From the NCBI GenBank assembly GCA_039096225.1, contig JBBPEB010000029.1, positions 620,001 through 684,000 of the forward strand: 64,000 bases of DNA, given 5' to 3'. The notes under the pieces are model-generated. The model saw only the letters and a program-made list of their open reading frames with translations. It was not told the DNA's origin and did no database searches. Below, one piece after another: positions 40,922-64,000 of the stretch (position 1 is the first letter of the stretch; every line of letters begins with the position of its first letter). This DNA comes from Blastocystis sp. Blastoise. Its lineage: Eukaryota > Protista > Bigyra: Opalinata. The position numbers and the translations under genes are program-made.

Positions 40922-41480
40922 CCCATGCAGTTAGATACTCCGGAGTAGCGATGTGGAAAAAAGCGAGACCTATATTATTATTATTATTAATATATATATA
41001 ATAATAAAGTATTATATATACCAGGAACAACATATCCTTCTTTCTGTTCGAATTCTTTACTCTTCTTTATATACCATTCAATAGCTGTAGTGTCTATGCA
41101 CCCATACCCATAAACATTACTACAATTATAGTCATTGGAATCTAAAAACCATAAGGTTAAAACAACTTTAGTATCATCATTATGAGCATATACAGGAACA
41201 ACAAACTATATATAGAAAATAAAAATCAACATAGAAACTATATGTTATATCACTACACTTTATTATGGATATATACATAAAATAAGAAGAATAGTAATAA
41301 AACAAGGTAATCAATTTCTCATAATAATAATATATATATATATATATATATATACATTGGACCCTCCTACTACACCTTCAGGACTCACTTCACTCATACT
41401 GTAAGGGTGCGTCATATCTAAACGCATGATCTCCTCACGTGACAAGTCACCCTAAAAAGATATCATAATTGTAACTAAGA

Positions 41481-41522
<42 letters not shown>

Positions 41523-41703
41523 CTGAGATACTATTATTATTATTATCTGAGATATTATTATTATTATTATTATATACTTCAGCATCATGATTTCCAAGTG
41601 TATAACCATAAAAAGTCTTTGTATCATTCATTGCAGAAGTACATTTTGTCCATTCATTATAAAACCAATTGGGAGTCTTCTTATCCCAAGCATATCCTAA
41701 TAA

Positions 41704-41757
<54 letters not shown>

Positions 41758-42079
41758 TGATAATTCTCTACTTAAAAAAATGTTTTTCAAAGTTGGCTTA
41801 TTTTATAAGATAAGTCAAATATTTTCTTTAAATATGAAATATCAAGATATATGTACCTCCAATAGCATCTCCTGATAAGGCAATAAAATCAGGATGAGCA
41901 TATCCAATGAGTTTCTTCATGACTTCTACAGTAAGTGGATCTTTATCATTTCCTTCAAAATGGAGATCTGTGAATTGAGCTACTCTAAATGAACCATTTT
42001 CGTCTACATGAAGTTTAGGTCTAGCTATTTGGCCAAAGGTTACACATATGAAGAATAATATCCAACAATAAAATCTCAT
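40480..42079 (-). CDS. Secreted calcineurin-like metallophosphoesterase (Dcr2/PAP14-16-28-29-like), paralog 1
   Basis: Signal peptide; FRVAQFTDLH, SGDAI, TLGNHDAE, LAFFHI, VGHDHAIDF, HGRKTGVAGYGP, RGSRII. Confidence 0.9.
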
Positions 42080-42839
42080 TATTAGTTTTTAAACAAAAAA
42101 AATAAATTGCTCTCAAACAAACAGGGAAAACCTAAGTTTTCAAAAGACTGATTGTATCTCAGATCCTAAGACGAGAGTAGAAGAACAAAAATAATTCACT
42201 TTTATAAATTCTAAAAAGAATACTATAAAAAAATAATTGTTCCACGAATATATAATAATGGCTAGTTTATCTAATTCCTAAGATGATAATGTATCTCGTC
42301 TATTCACCAATAAGAAATAATGAAGACTCAAGAAATCATCAGGATCCTAATTCTTTTAATCTGAGAATTCTCCTAAGAAAAACATATGAATCTTCATTTG
42401 TTACCAAGTTCGTTAAATAAGAATGAAAGGATAAGGATAATGTATTTCTTTTTTTCATATAAAATAGAAGAAGAGCTAGCTATAATTAGGAAATTAAAAT
42501 GAAGTTCAATTTTCTGAGGACATTTTCATAGACACTATGAGGCAGTTTTCTTTTGCAAAATCTCTCCAAAATGAAGATTTGTAATCAGACTGAATCAGAA
42601 CTCTTTCAGCTGGTTTATATTTACGGTTATTCACTATTTATTGCCCAATCAGTGTCTAATTTAGGATGGTTAATTTCATATAAAAATAGTGATTATTCTC
42701 AGTCTTAATTTATCTTAAAATTACATTTTCAGATAAAATCTAATTGATCAAATATCTGCTGTAACTAACAAAACAATGTAATCAAACACAAAAACGTATT
42801 AATCATACAATTCGCTACAAGAATTACTAATAAAAAACG

Positions 42840-44560
42840 ACACAAACCAAAGTGATCAGTTAATCGGCATATATCAGCATATACAACTAACTCCTAATTC
42901 CTGTGAATTGAATCCACTCTTCATCTGTACAAGGTTCTACATGGAAAAAAACTAAAAAAAATTATATTATAAAATAGATAATTAGAAAAAAACAAAACAT
43001 ACAAGTATAAATCATTGAATATATACCAGTTGATTCCTCACTCTATATATGATATATTCATAATATATGTATAATAATATATATAAAGACATATACATTC
43101 AACATCTGCCACTTGTTAGCCCTATTTCTTCGATGATATTGGCCATAGTTGTTAGTCTATAATAATGAATCACAAATAAAGAATATATCATACAATTTAA
43201 GCCTCAAACTAATTAATTTGGTGCCCCTCTATTATGATTCTGTTCATTATCTATATATATAAAATAAAAAGTAAAACATTTGATTAATAAATAAATATTT
43301 ATTGTAATAAAGTATATACTTCTTGAAATTGTCTTATCATCTACGAAGGCATATAATATTAGCCATTCATAACTATAAATAGAAAACATATTGAAAGTCT
43401 AATAATAAATATATACATATTAAATTATTCCCTATCTTATTCTATTCACATAATATTGACTAAGAAATTATAACCATTAATAAAGTTTATAACTAATTTC
43501 AATAATCATACTATAAATAAAAATTATAGAAATAGAAATGAAAGAAAGATATGTAGAAAAATATTTAAATAACATCAAAATTGATAATAACAGATATAAA
43601 TACTTTATAAGCGTGTTATATCACTCACAACCATTATTATAATCATTTATAAATCTCTCTTTTAATCTAAATATGTATAATAATATATATTTACTAATAT
43701 ACCTTTAATAATTTAGCCAATATAATGTTGACAACCACATCTAAAGAATTATATATATTTAACCTTTCTAGATATAGAGAGTTAATGGCTTAATATATAA
43801 ATATAAATATACAATATATTATGAAATCGCTTTATATCAATTCTAACATATTCAGTTGTCTTATTCAATTGAAATACATAATAGTAACACTTCATTTTCC
43901 TAAACTTAAGTATGTATATAATTTATATAAAAATATTTACCTGTGATTCAACTACTAAGATGTAATTCAAGCTTATATTGGTGTAGATTTGCTAGTGACC
44001 TTTCGACGTAACTAATAATCAGATTTTAGCTGAAATATGTAATTCATCAATCTATAATATATATATAATTAATTATTATTATCATAAATAATGGATACAA
44101 TAATCAAATAAAAACAAAACGTTTATTATATACAATGGCAAATCAATTAAATACATAGATGAACAGACCTTTTTAAATATTTTTGAATGACATGTAGCTA
44201 CAATAGTAAAAAACACGAAAACAAATTCTCAATCAAAGACTAATGTTGATTTCAAAGGCTTTGAAATCAAAGAAGGCTACATGGAAATGTTCAAATGACC
44301 AAGAGAAAGCAATAATGAATTGTGTTAGGTTTATAGAAGTCAGGCACCCTTTTTAACGTTGGACAAAGACTATAAAATGTTATTACTATTATTATTAATT
44401 TATACATATGTAATTAAAATAATAACTTGCCATATTGAAATACACATTCAACGAAATAGACCATAAAAGTCTAAACTACAGTGAATTTATCAAATCATCA
44501 ACAAAAATAGCATGAAATATGTAAAAATAAAAAATAAAAAAAAATGAATCTTCAAAAAAA
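42840..44560 (-). pseudogene. Decayed multi-exon gene remnant
   Basis: Several well-formed atag|exon|gtat units (e.g. 43027-43042, about 43097-43156, about 43319-43372), but the exon near 43200-43250 is closed in all three frames. Confidence 0.3.
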
Positions 44561-45245
44561 TTATACGAATCTCGTCGTTTTTTTTTCTTTTTCAATACGG
44601 TATTTTTGTATATAAAAATGAATATATATTGGTTAAAATTTCCACTTTAAATGATGAAGTTGTCTTTAACCACATTCATTATGTTTTTTAGTGTGATGCT
44701 ATTTACTTTCTTTTATTTCAATAACGAAGCTGATTTCTATGAATTGATGATGCTAATACCTTTTCTTACTTCCTTTTTCTCTATATATTTAATTTTATTT
44801 ATTTTTTTAATTTTATAGTACACTTTCCAGTTTTTATTTGCTTATACTGAGAGTATTCTGTTGCAAACTTCAATATAATACGTTGACCGTTTTTGAAGTT
44901 CTTTTGCCAAAAATTAATTTGTAGTTTTTGCTTTTATTTAACTTATCAATTCATTTTATATACTTTATCTATTCTCAATAAGTGAATAAATACATATTAA
45001 CAGAAGCACTATGAAAAAAGTAACTATGCTCCATAATGGATGGAAAGAGTCTTTATTCTTCAGGTTCAAATCCTGGCATACGTATTGATATGATATAAGA
45101 ATTTCTATATTGTCTTAAATATGCTTAACTTACACGTTTCATTTAGCATTATATCTTGTAGTTTTTGTATAAATTATGCTTCTACTATTTGATGATCATG
45201 TAGATCTTATAAAAATGTATGTCCAACTTATCTTTTGGTTTAGCT

Positions 45246-46453
45246 TTAACGAATATGTTTTTTGATTTCCATTGTATCTGTTATAAACTATTTAAACTAT
45301 TTTTTTATATTATATTTTATAATATAAATATATAATTAATGTAAAACTTAATTAATATTCAATTTAAATATAAAACATATCTAGTTTTAATTATTTTTTA
45401 ATAAAATTAAATTTATATTTAAATAAATAGTATATTAGTTTATAATATCTAGTACATAGATTATTCATTATTTCTAATTTTAAATTGAATATATTATTAT
45501 TAATACTAGTAGTATAATAATAAATAATGATTTCAAAAACAATAGTATAAGGCAACATGATATATTTAGTTATTTATAACATATGAACATAATTTTATAA
45601 AAACATAAGATTCTTTTTTAACTCATACAATATTATTACACAAATATGACAGTCTTCTTATTATTAATTTATCCTCACATTTTAATCTTTTTATTGTTTT
45701 CTTCTTTGGATTTATTCTCCATTCTTGTTTCTATACATGTTTAAAAGTAATATGAAGTACTAATATTATTTATAACACTATATATCTTACATTATAATTA
45801 TAATTATCTTTTCCTTTCACTTCAATACCATTTTTCTATATAGATACAATAGAAATGTTATAAAAATATGATAAATAAACTTATAAAACATACAGCACGA
45901 GTTTCATTTCCTTGTTCTGGCACTTCACTATCAGCTTTAATCATATTAAAATATTTATAAAACGTATTATTTTTCTTCTTATCATTCAACGACTTCTTTA
46001 AAGTATTAGCTACCATTCTTTTTGATATATTTAAATCACCAGCAAATGTATTTGTGTATAAGCAACATAATTTATACATTTTTTTAAATAATAAGCTTTC
46101 ATCCTGTAAAGAAATTGTTCCATCTTTACTAATAAATAAATCAAAACAAAGATTTTGATCTTCATCACTTAATACATATGATATACATCGTATAACATCC
46201 TAAATACAGTATAAAATGACTACAATTATATACGGCAATAAGTTTTGAATTTAGTTTGTAATTCGTAATCGTGATTTTTCTTGTAAGACACTCATGGCGC
46301 AAACATTCTTCAATGTTAGACGTTAATAAACGATTAGAATTTTCTATATACAATATAATTATTTTTTTAATATTTACCATTTCCAAGTTCATTTTTTGTG
46401 TGACTAATAAAACAATCCAGAGCTTCAATCATTTCTTTGCGAAAAGCCTCCAT
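45246..46453 (-). CDS. Hypothetical multi-exon protein, head-to-head with the transposase (candidate accessory ORF)
   Basis: ATG 46453 (MEAFRKEMIEALDCFISHTKNELGN|ENSNRLL...LIA|DVIRCISY...). In-frame GT-AG joins lead to a basic C-terminal part (KQEWRINPKKKTIKRLKC). The 3' end is uncertain. Confidence 0.55.
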
Positions 46454-46527
46454 ACATAAGAATTTACTTAAAACAAAATAAAATATTAATGGTTTTTTAA
46501 AATTTTTATATAAAAGGTTTTTTCACA

Positions 46528-50092
<3,565 letters not shown>

Positions 50093-50779
50093 TTTATTAT
50101 TTTTTATTGTTATTCAAATGTCTTTATTTTATATACTATTTGTCTATTATATTTAATGCGATGATACTATTGTTTGGGTATATTAAATACACGTCTTTCT
50201 ATAAATTTGCTAAATATTAATCATTTTTTTAAAGTTTTAATTAATAAACTTTATTAACAATATATAAAAAATATTATTATGAACAAAATATTATATGACT
50301 TTTATGTATAGGTAGTAAAATATATTTTTTTTAATTTTATTGAATAAACAGGAGATAATCTATTTGATCATTTATTACATAAAGTATTTATTTAAAAAAT
50401 AGATTCTATAAATTTATTAATAACAACAAAAAAATGGTTAACATTGGTTAATAATTATCATAAACAAATACATATATATATTCATCAGAATAAAAGACAT
50501 GCTGAATATGAGTAGAATACATTAAACCTATTTTATTTATTTACCAATATAATTACGTTCATAACCGTATATTAAAAAAAATTTAAAAATAAAATAAATA
50601 TTATCAATATGGCTATCTTTGCTAATCTAGAAATAATTAAACAGTTATATATAATATTTTTACATATAAAATCATAATAAGATACTTTGCTGAATCAAGC
50701 TGAAAGATATATTAATCTAAATATTTTCGTTATATAATTAATCATAAAATCTAAACTATACACTATTACTTAACAAAAT

Positions 50780-55080
<4,301 letters not shown>

Positions 55081-55969
55081 ATAAATAGAAACTAATATAA
55101 TTAAATCAAATATATAATCGTACGTCAAGTTCAGCATAAAAAATAAATAAAAGACCCAGTTTCAAGTTTTGCTTTTTTTTTTAAATAATAAAAAAACCGT
55201 GTTACTCAAAAAATGACTGTCTGAATTTTTGTTTTTGACTATTTTTTATAAACATCATAAAACAAGTTTTTTCCTTTATATTATGAGTTTAGATGGTCTA
55301 TTGAAAACATATTGACAACTTTTTACTGAAAACAAGTCAACATTTCCAAACCACTGATGTTAAGAAAACAAACATAAAAACTAGCTCTGTCTGTCAGATA
55401 AAGACTCTATTGACCAAATATAAACTTAAAAACCTGATACTAACTCTATATGAGAAGAATAAAGGAAAATAGAAAAATAATATCGACTTAGAATTTATTT
55501 TTCTTGTTTTTTAGAAAAATTCCTTCTCTAAACCACTTTTTTAGAAGGTCAAATTTTTTAAGAAAAATTATTGGACTATTTTAAAATTTTGCCAATCAAA
55601 ACTCTTAAATAGGCCACCCTGCCTCATAGTGAGAATTGGCATAGTTTATGATTATTCGTTTTCTGGCTACAAACAAGATGATAGATGAATGCTATACAGA
55701 CAGAATTCATGCAAAATAATTGAATCAACTAATTAAAACGATGTTTTTTATTATGTATTGAAAAAAGTAACATATATTAAGATACACTATTAAAATGATA
55801 TATAATAAATATAAAATTGTTTGTCAATATAATTTTAAGAAACTAGTTGTGAATAACATGAAAAAGAAGACAAAATAAAAGAAATGGATGATAATTCATT
55901 TATAGAACACTGTGTTGAAGCCGTTTAGTACGATTATGAATGAATACATTTCATAAAACATATAGCGAA

Positions 55970-56278
55970 TTATAACTCATCAACACCTATATAGGAGTAA
56001 TAATATATGTAATATGAATAATAGCTATATTAGTAATAGGATAATACTATTTATAATAATAATATTAATGTGAATAGCCTACGTGGAGTCTTTGCATTTT
56101 TGCATATATCTTGTTTTTCATCTACTTTTCCAGTACGTTCCGTTTGATATTCTCTCTCTGCATCCTCATTGGTTATCCATGTGTCCAGAGACATTTCATT
56201 GGTTCCCGTTGTCTTTGCTACGATTACACGACCACCACGTTTCACACTATTTAAAGATATATTATGGTTATTATTATG

Positions 56279-56314
<36 letters not shown>

Positions 56315-57720
56315 CAATTATTATTATTATTAATACCCTTCAGAAGGACCATAACAGCCAACACCTGTTTTACGACCATGAATTAAATGAATACCATAAT
56401 AATCAATATTAAAATCAATTTCATGATCATGACCTACAAATGTAGCCTTTAAATCCTTTCTCTTTAAAGCAGCTGCTAAGAGTCCTGTATTTAATGACGC
56501 ACAACCACAATCTTCATATCTACCTCCAACACCATTGAAGTGCTAATAATAGTAGTATAAGAATAGATATATTATATATATATATTATGTATATATTATA
56601 TATATTATGCATATTATGTTATATATTTTATATATTATATATATATATACACTCCATGCAATAAGATACTCAGGTACAGGAATATGGAAGAATGCAAGTC
56701 CTATATATATATAGAGAGAGAAAAAAAAAAAGAGTGGAAGAATATACCAGGAACGGGATAACCTTGTTCTTTCTCAATTTCAGTACTCTTCTTCATGTAC
56801 CATTCAACTATAATATATAATAATTAGTATATATATATATATAAAGACCAATATATAAATCGGAAGACAAGTATATTATATATACTTGCAGTAGGATCAA
56901 TACATCCATAGCCAGCTTGACCCATACAATTATAGTCACCAGAATCAAGGAACCATAAAGTTAATACAATCTTTGTATCATTCTTATAAGCATATACAGG
57001 AACCATAAACTATAAGTCAATTATAAGATATATATAGAGTCTCAAATAGAATATAACATATATAATATTTATAATATTCAAATATGTTTATATATGTAAA
57101 AGAATTTAATAATTTTAAAAAACTATAGACAATTAACAGAATCTATATAGATCATATATATATATATATATACATTAGAAGCACCAACAACGTCTTTGGG
57201 ACCTTCTTGACTATAACTCCAAGGGTTTTGTTCATCAATCTCCATGATTTCACGTCTATTCTTATCAGCCTCGCTATCATGATTCCCAAGAGTATAACCA
57301 TAAGGAATACGAGTTTCGTTCAATATAGATGTGAAAGCATTCCATTTCTTCTCATACCAACCAGGTTGTTTATCCCATCCATATCCTATATATATATATA
57401 TATGTTTATTAAGAGATTAAGAATCGAATTATATTAAAGTCTTATAAATTGATTATATATAATTCTTATTTAGTATTTATAAATAATACATATATACCAG
57501 CAACCATATCTCCAGTAAAAGCAACAAAATCAGGATTCTCAGTTTTTAAAATAGTTCTCATAATTTGAGTAGTTTCATCATCATGATCACCATCACCATA
57601 ATGGAGATCCGTGAATTGAGTAATCTTAAAAGCTCCATTTTCGTCAACATGAAGCTTAGGTCTAACAGACTGAGCAATGACACACGCTGTGAATAGAACA
57701 AAAACAATAAAATTCTTCAT
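55970..57720 (-). CDS. Secreted calcineurin-like metallophosphoesterase (Dcr2/PAP-like), paralog 2
   Basis: MKNFIVFVLFTACVIAQ signal; FKITQFTDLHYG, TGDMV, TLGNHDSE, LAFFHIP, VGHDHEIDF, HGRKTGVGCYGP, RGGRVI. Probable last micro-exon 55970-55986 gives ...TPRVDEL*. Confidence 0.9.
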
Positions 57721-58471
57721 ACTACAATAATATAATACAAATAAAAATTAATTATCATAAATTTATCAACAGTTTATTTGTGTTTCTTTTGAATCTCAAC
57801 TTCTCCCAAAGATTCAAAATGAATATCTATAATCGCGTTTATTTGTAGATGATATAGAGAAAATGTGAGATTATCAACGGGAATAATGATGACTCATCAT
57901 AGAAAGATTTCTCGTTATTACCCCCTATGAAATAAGATAGAAATCATTTTTATCAAGAGTAAATTTGAATTATTATAAAAACACATTATTAAGACTTTAT
58001 TCTATTATTAGAATATATTATTTCTATTTTAAATAATTATAATTACAAATAATGTATTAAGAAGAAATAGCAAATGGTGGGAAATGATAATTATTCATAT
58101 TGACATAAGTCTATAGCATATAAAATATATATGATTCAAGAGAATATGAGTTAACTTTAATGTAGAATATCAATATGTTTGTCAGTTTACAGAATTCAAT
58201 TGATTAAATATAATTAATGATGGATAAAGTTAGTGATTAGCATGTTTATGAATAATATATCATAGATTAGTGGCATAAGAATTAAAATAAGATATATATA
58301 ACTTTAAGGGTAAGATTTAAAAAACTAAACAAAGTGTAAACAAATTTGAGAATTAATAAAAAAAAAAGTAGATATGGCAAGATAAATAAAAGCAATGTTA
58401 AAATGAATAAAGATAACAATAATTTGAATCTGGATATTGTTAGTTGATGATGTTAGATTGTTTAATATTGT

Positions 58472-59988
58472 TTAATGGCGACCATAGCTTCTATCTCTGG
58501 AGCGACTGCGATCTCTACTGTTTTCTCTGCGATCGTAATCTCTGCGGTCATAATAATCACGACTATCACGTCTGTCATAACTACGACGATAGCGATCGTC
58601 ATGAGAATCATAACGACGACGATGTGAACCTATTTATAATAATTTGAATAAGAAGAAGAAGAAAAAAAAAAAAAGAATAAATATAAATATTATAATAATA
58701 AATATAAATATAAATATAAATATATATATATATACTATAGGAATGAGAGTCTCTGTCTCTGTTAGTAGCTCTTCCAAGATCTATTCAAATATAATGAAAT
58801 AGAGATTAAATAGATAAGAAAAGAAGAAGCGGAGAGAAGAAATAAAAGAGAATTTGAATGAGTTGAGAAATAAATAATAGTTGTAATGGATCAAGTAACA
58901 AAGAAAACAAAGAAAAAGAAAGAAAGAAAGAATGGAAGTTTATGTTGTTGAATGATTTGTAAATAAAGCATATGAAAATTGATATTGATATTGATATTTT
59001 TATTGATATTGATATATTGAATGATTGATAAGGATATTGAAATATTGAATAATTGAAAAAACATTCCAGGACTGGGTTGATAGCCTGCACATCTCTTGGA
59101 TAAAGCGACACTTAGATGAATACCGCGAATAAGAATACTATATATATTTTATTTTTTAAATATAATAATAAGATATATATATTATAAGATATATATAATA
59201 ATATAAGATATATTTAATAATACAAAATATATATAATAATATATGATATATTTAATAATACAAAATATATATAATAAAGCATAAAAAGATATACAAATAA
59301 TATATATAATATATATATACTCTTGTTGTGTAGCCTCTTTAGCGGCGGAGGGATCGGTGAATGTCAAGAAGCCAAAGCCACTAGAGAAAAGAAGAAGAGT
59401 AGAGGAAGAATATTATATATAGTATATATAATATTAACATTAAAAAATTATATGTAAATAGATAAAAATGGAATATATATTAATATTATTATAGTATAAT
59501 AAAAAGGACTTACCGAGAATAACCTTCAGGGTCACGAATAACAGACACACTTTCAACATTACCATAATGAGAGAAACATTCAGTTAAAGTCTTCTCATCA
59601 ACTTGATCTCCAAAACCACGGATATAAATAAATAATAATATTGAAATATATCATGAATTATAAAGAAATGAAAATATCTCTTTCTAAAATATATTTATAG
59701 AATCAAAAGAAATGAAGAGAAAAACTATATTTATTCTTTCTAAACATAAAGAGTTCTTCCCTTGTTTCTATTCTCTTCCTCAGGTACACTAGGATCTACT
59801 CGTTTTCTAGAATAATCATGTCGTCTACTACCAGATCTACTATATCTAGCTTCTCTATCATAACTAGCATCTCTGCTTCCTCTAGAACTCTTTGAGGATG
59901 TGCTTCTTGAGCGGTGATGATAATGGTGACTTCTATCACGACTTTCAGATTTACTGACACTTCTTCCACGGTCGTCGTAACTAGGCAT
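58472..59988 (-). CDS. Tra2/SR-like splicing factor (RS-rich N-terminus, single RRM, RD/RS-rich C-terminus)
   Basis: RS-rich exon 59746-59988; RNP2 TLYIRGF; RNP1 SRGFGFLTF; post-RRM SKR...PSPGMYLG resembling the Tra2 linker; final exon ...RDRSRSRDRSYGRH*. A probable 5'UTR intron lies at about 59991-60043. Confidence 0.8.
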
Positions 59989-60881
59989 ATCTATACACGA
60001 TAATAAGATAAGCTATTCAATAATCAATATTCATAATATATACTTGTTAATAGACTAGAAAAAAATAATAATAATTAGCATTCAGAAATGTCTCCAAAAA
60101 GAAATAATTTGAAAAAAAAACAGTTTCCCATAGATATTTTGTAAACTATAGACGATATTTTTTTATTCCCAGTTTTGTCATCATCTAACATTTCCGCCTT
60201 TTCGAAAAAAACTTATTTGTGAACGAATTACTTAACAAAAACTTTAATTGTCATATTCCTATAATTTACATATTGTTGAGTCGTTAGGTTAGCTACATTT
60301 ATTTAAATAAGAGATCAATGAGGTCATCTACTAATCCACATAGTCCTCTCTTGTTATCCATATGTAATCAGCTAATATATATCTTAACTGTTAATATGCT
60401 GATGAATTGTTCAAAAAAATCAATAAAAAAATAGAACAATTTTTATTTGCACCTAATAATGATCACAAAAAGTCTGAAGAACAGCTCCAGAACTATTTTA
60501 AATTCGTTGAACAAAATAATCCTAAAAATACAGTAATAAGAATTATGCTGACAATTATGTTTTTCCTTTTATAATACACGAAAATGACATCATATATAAT
60601 CCTTAGAATAATATTGAAAAATCTGATAGAGACAGTAAACACAACATCAAAATATATACGGAATGATGATCAGTAAACAAGATCGAATTATCCAGTCTAC
60701 AAATCGGATGAACTTTTCTGAAAATGGTGAAAATATCCACATGAAAAAATTAAAAACACTTTTTGTATTCAAACTGATAGATATTCAATTCTTTTCTAAT
60801 TGATATATTGTATTAATCTGCAACTATTGCTCTAAGAACAGAATATATATCTCTTTTTTTATTATTAATTTTCAAACAATT

Positions 60882-64000
<3,119 letters not shown>

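Noticed and set aside
44990-45290. Several in-frame TAA codons in coding-looking sequence (also 2620-2950 and 31900-32600), hinting at TAA/TAG=Gln recoding
   Set aside because: TAA is expected often by chance at this AT content, and conserved genes (ProRS, PABP, cathepsin B) use TAA as a true stop with no internal stops. Decay or non-coding DNA is simpler.
50761-50765. CACTA pentamer near the transposase (also CACTA 42632, CACTT 44821)
   Set aside because: Wrong orientation, or no matching inverted copy or TSD on the other side.

Overview
Very AT-rich (roughly 20% GC by eye), gene-dense eukaryotic DNA with many short GT-AG introns that are often inflated by (AAT/TTA)n and (TA)n microsatellites. 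Most short ORFs in the track are therefore single exons or repeat artefacts. The gene content (He_PIG/Cys-repeat surface proteins, cathepsin B, BTB-family hypotheticals) suggests a Blastocystis-like anaerobic stramenopile; this is inference only. Splicing by hand gives about 16 genes: a BTB-like family gene, a BTB+LRR protein, an ankyrin+FYVE+poly-Asn protein, prolyl-tRNA synthetase, a CMGC (GSK3/CDK-like) kinase, a ~2,400-aa Ig/Cys-repeat type I membrane protein, PABP, cathepsin B, two paralogous Dcr2/PAP-like metallophosphoesterases, an intact intron-containing CMC (CACTA/EnSpm-type) DDE transposase with a head-to-head partner gene, a Tra2-like SR protein, an Ig-domain receptor with 9 NPF motifs, and two hypotheticals. 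Main observations: (1) a clear U12-type AT-AC minor intron with an ATATCTTTT donor, plus a GT-AG U12 candidate. (2) A recurring class of junctions that break the GT/AG rule where the deviant bases copy the opposite exon, making direct repeats of up to 11 bp. This could be mRNA-templated overwriting (assembly polishing with RNA reads or cDNA gene conversion) or real non-canonical excision. (3) Two single-base frameshifts at simple repeats in large genes. (4) The same interrupting motifs recur in microsatellites at unrelated loci.
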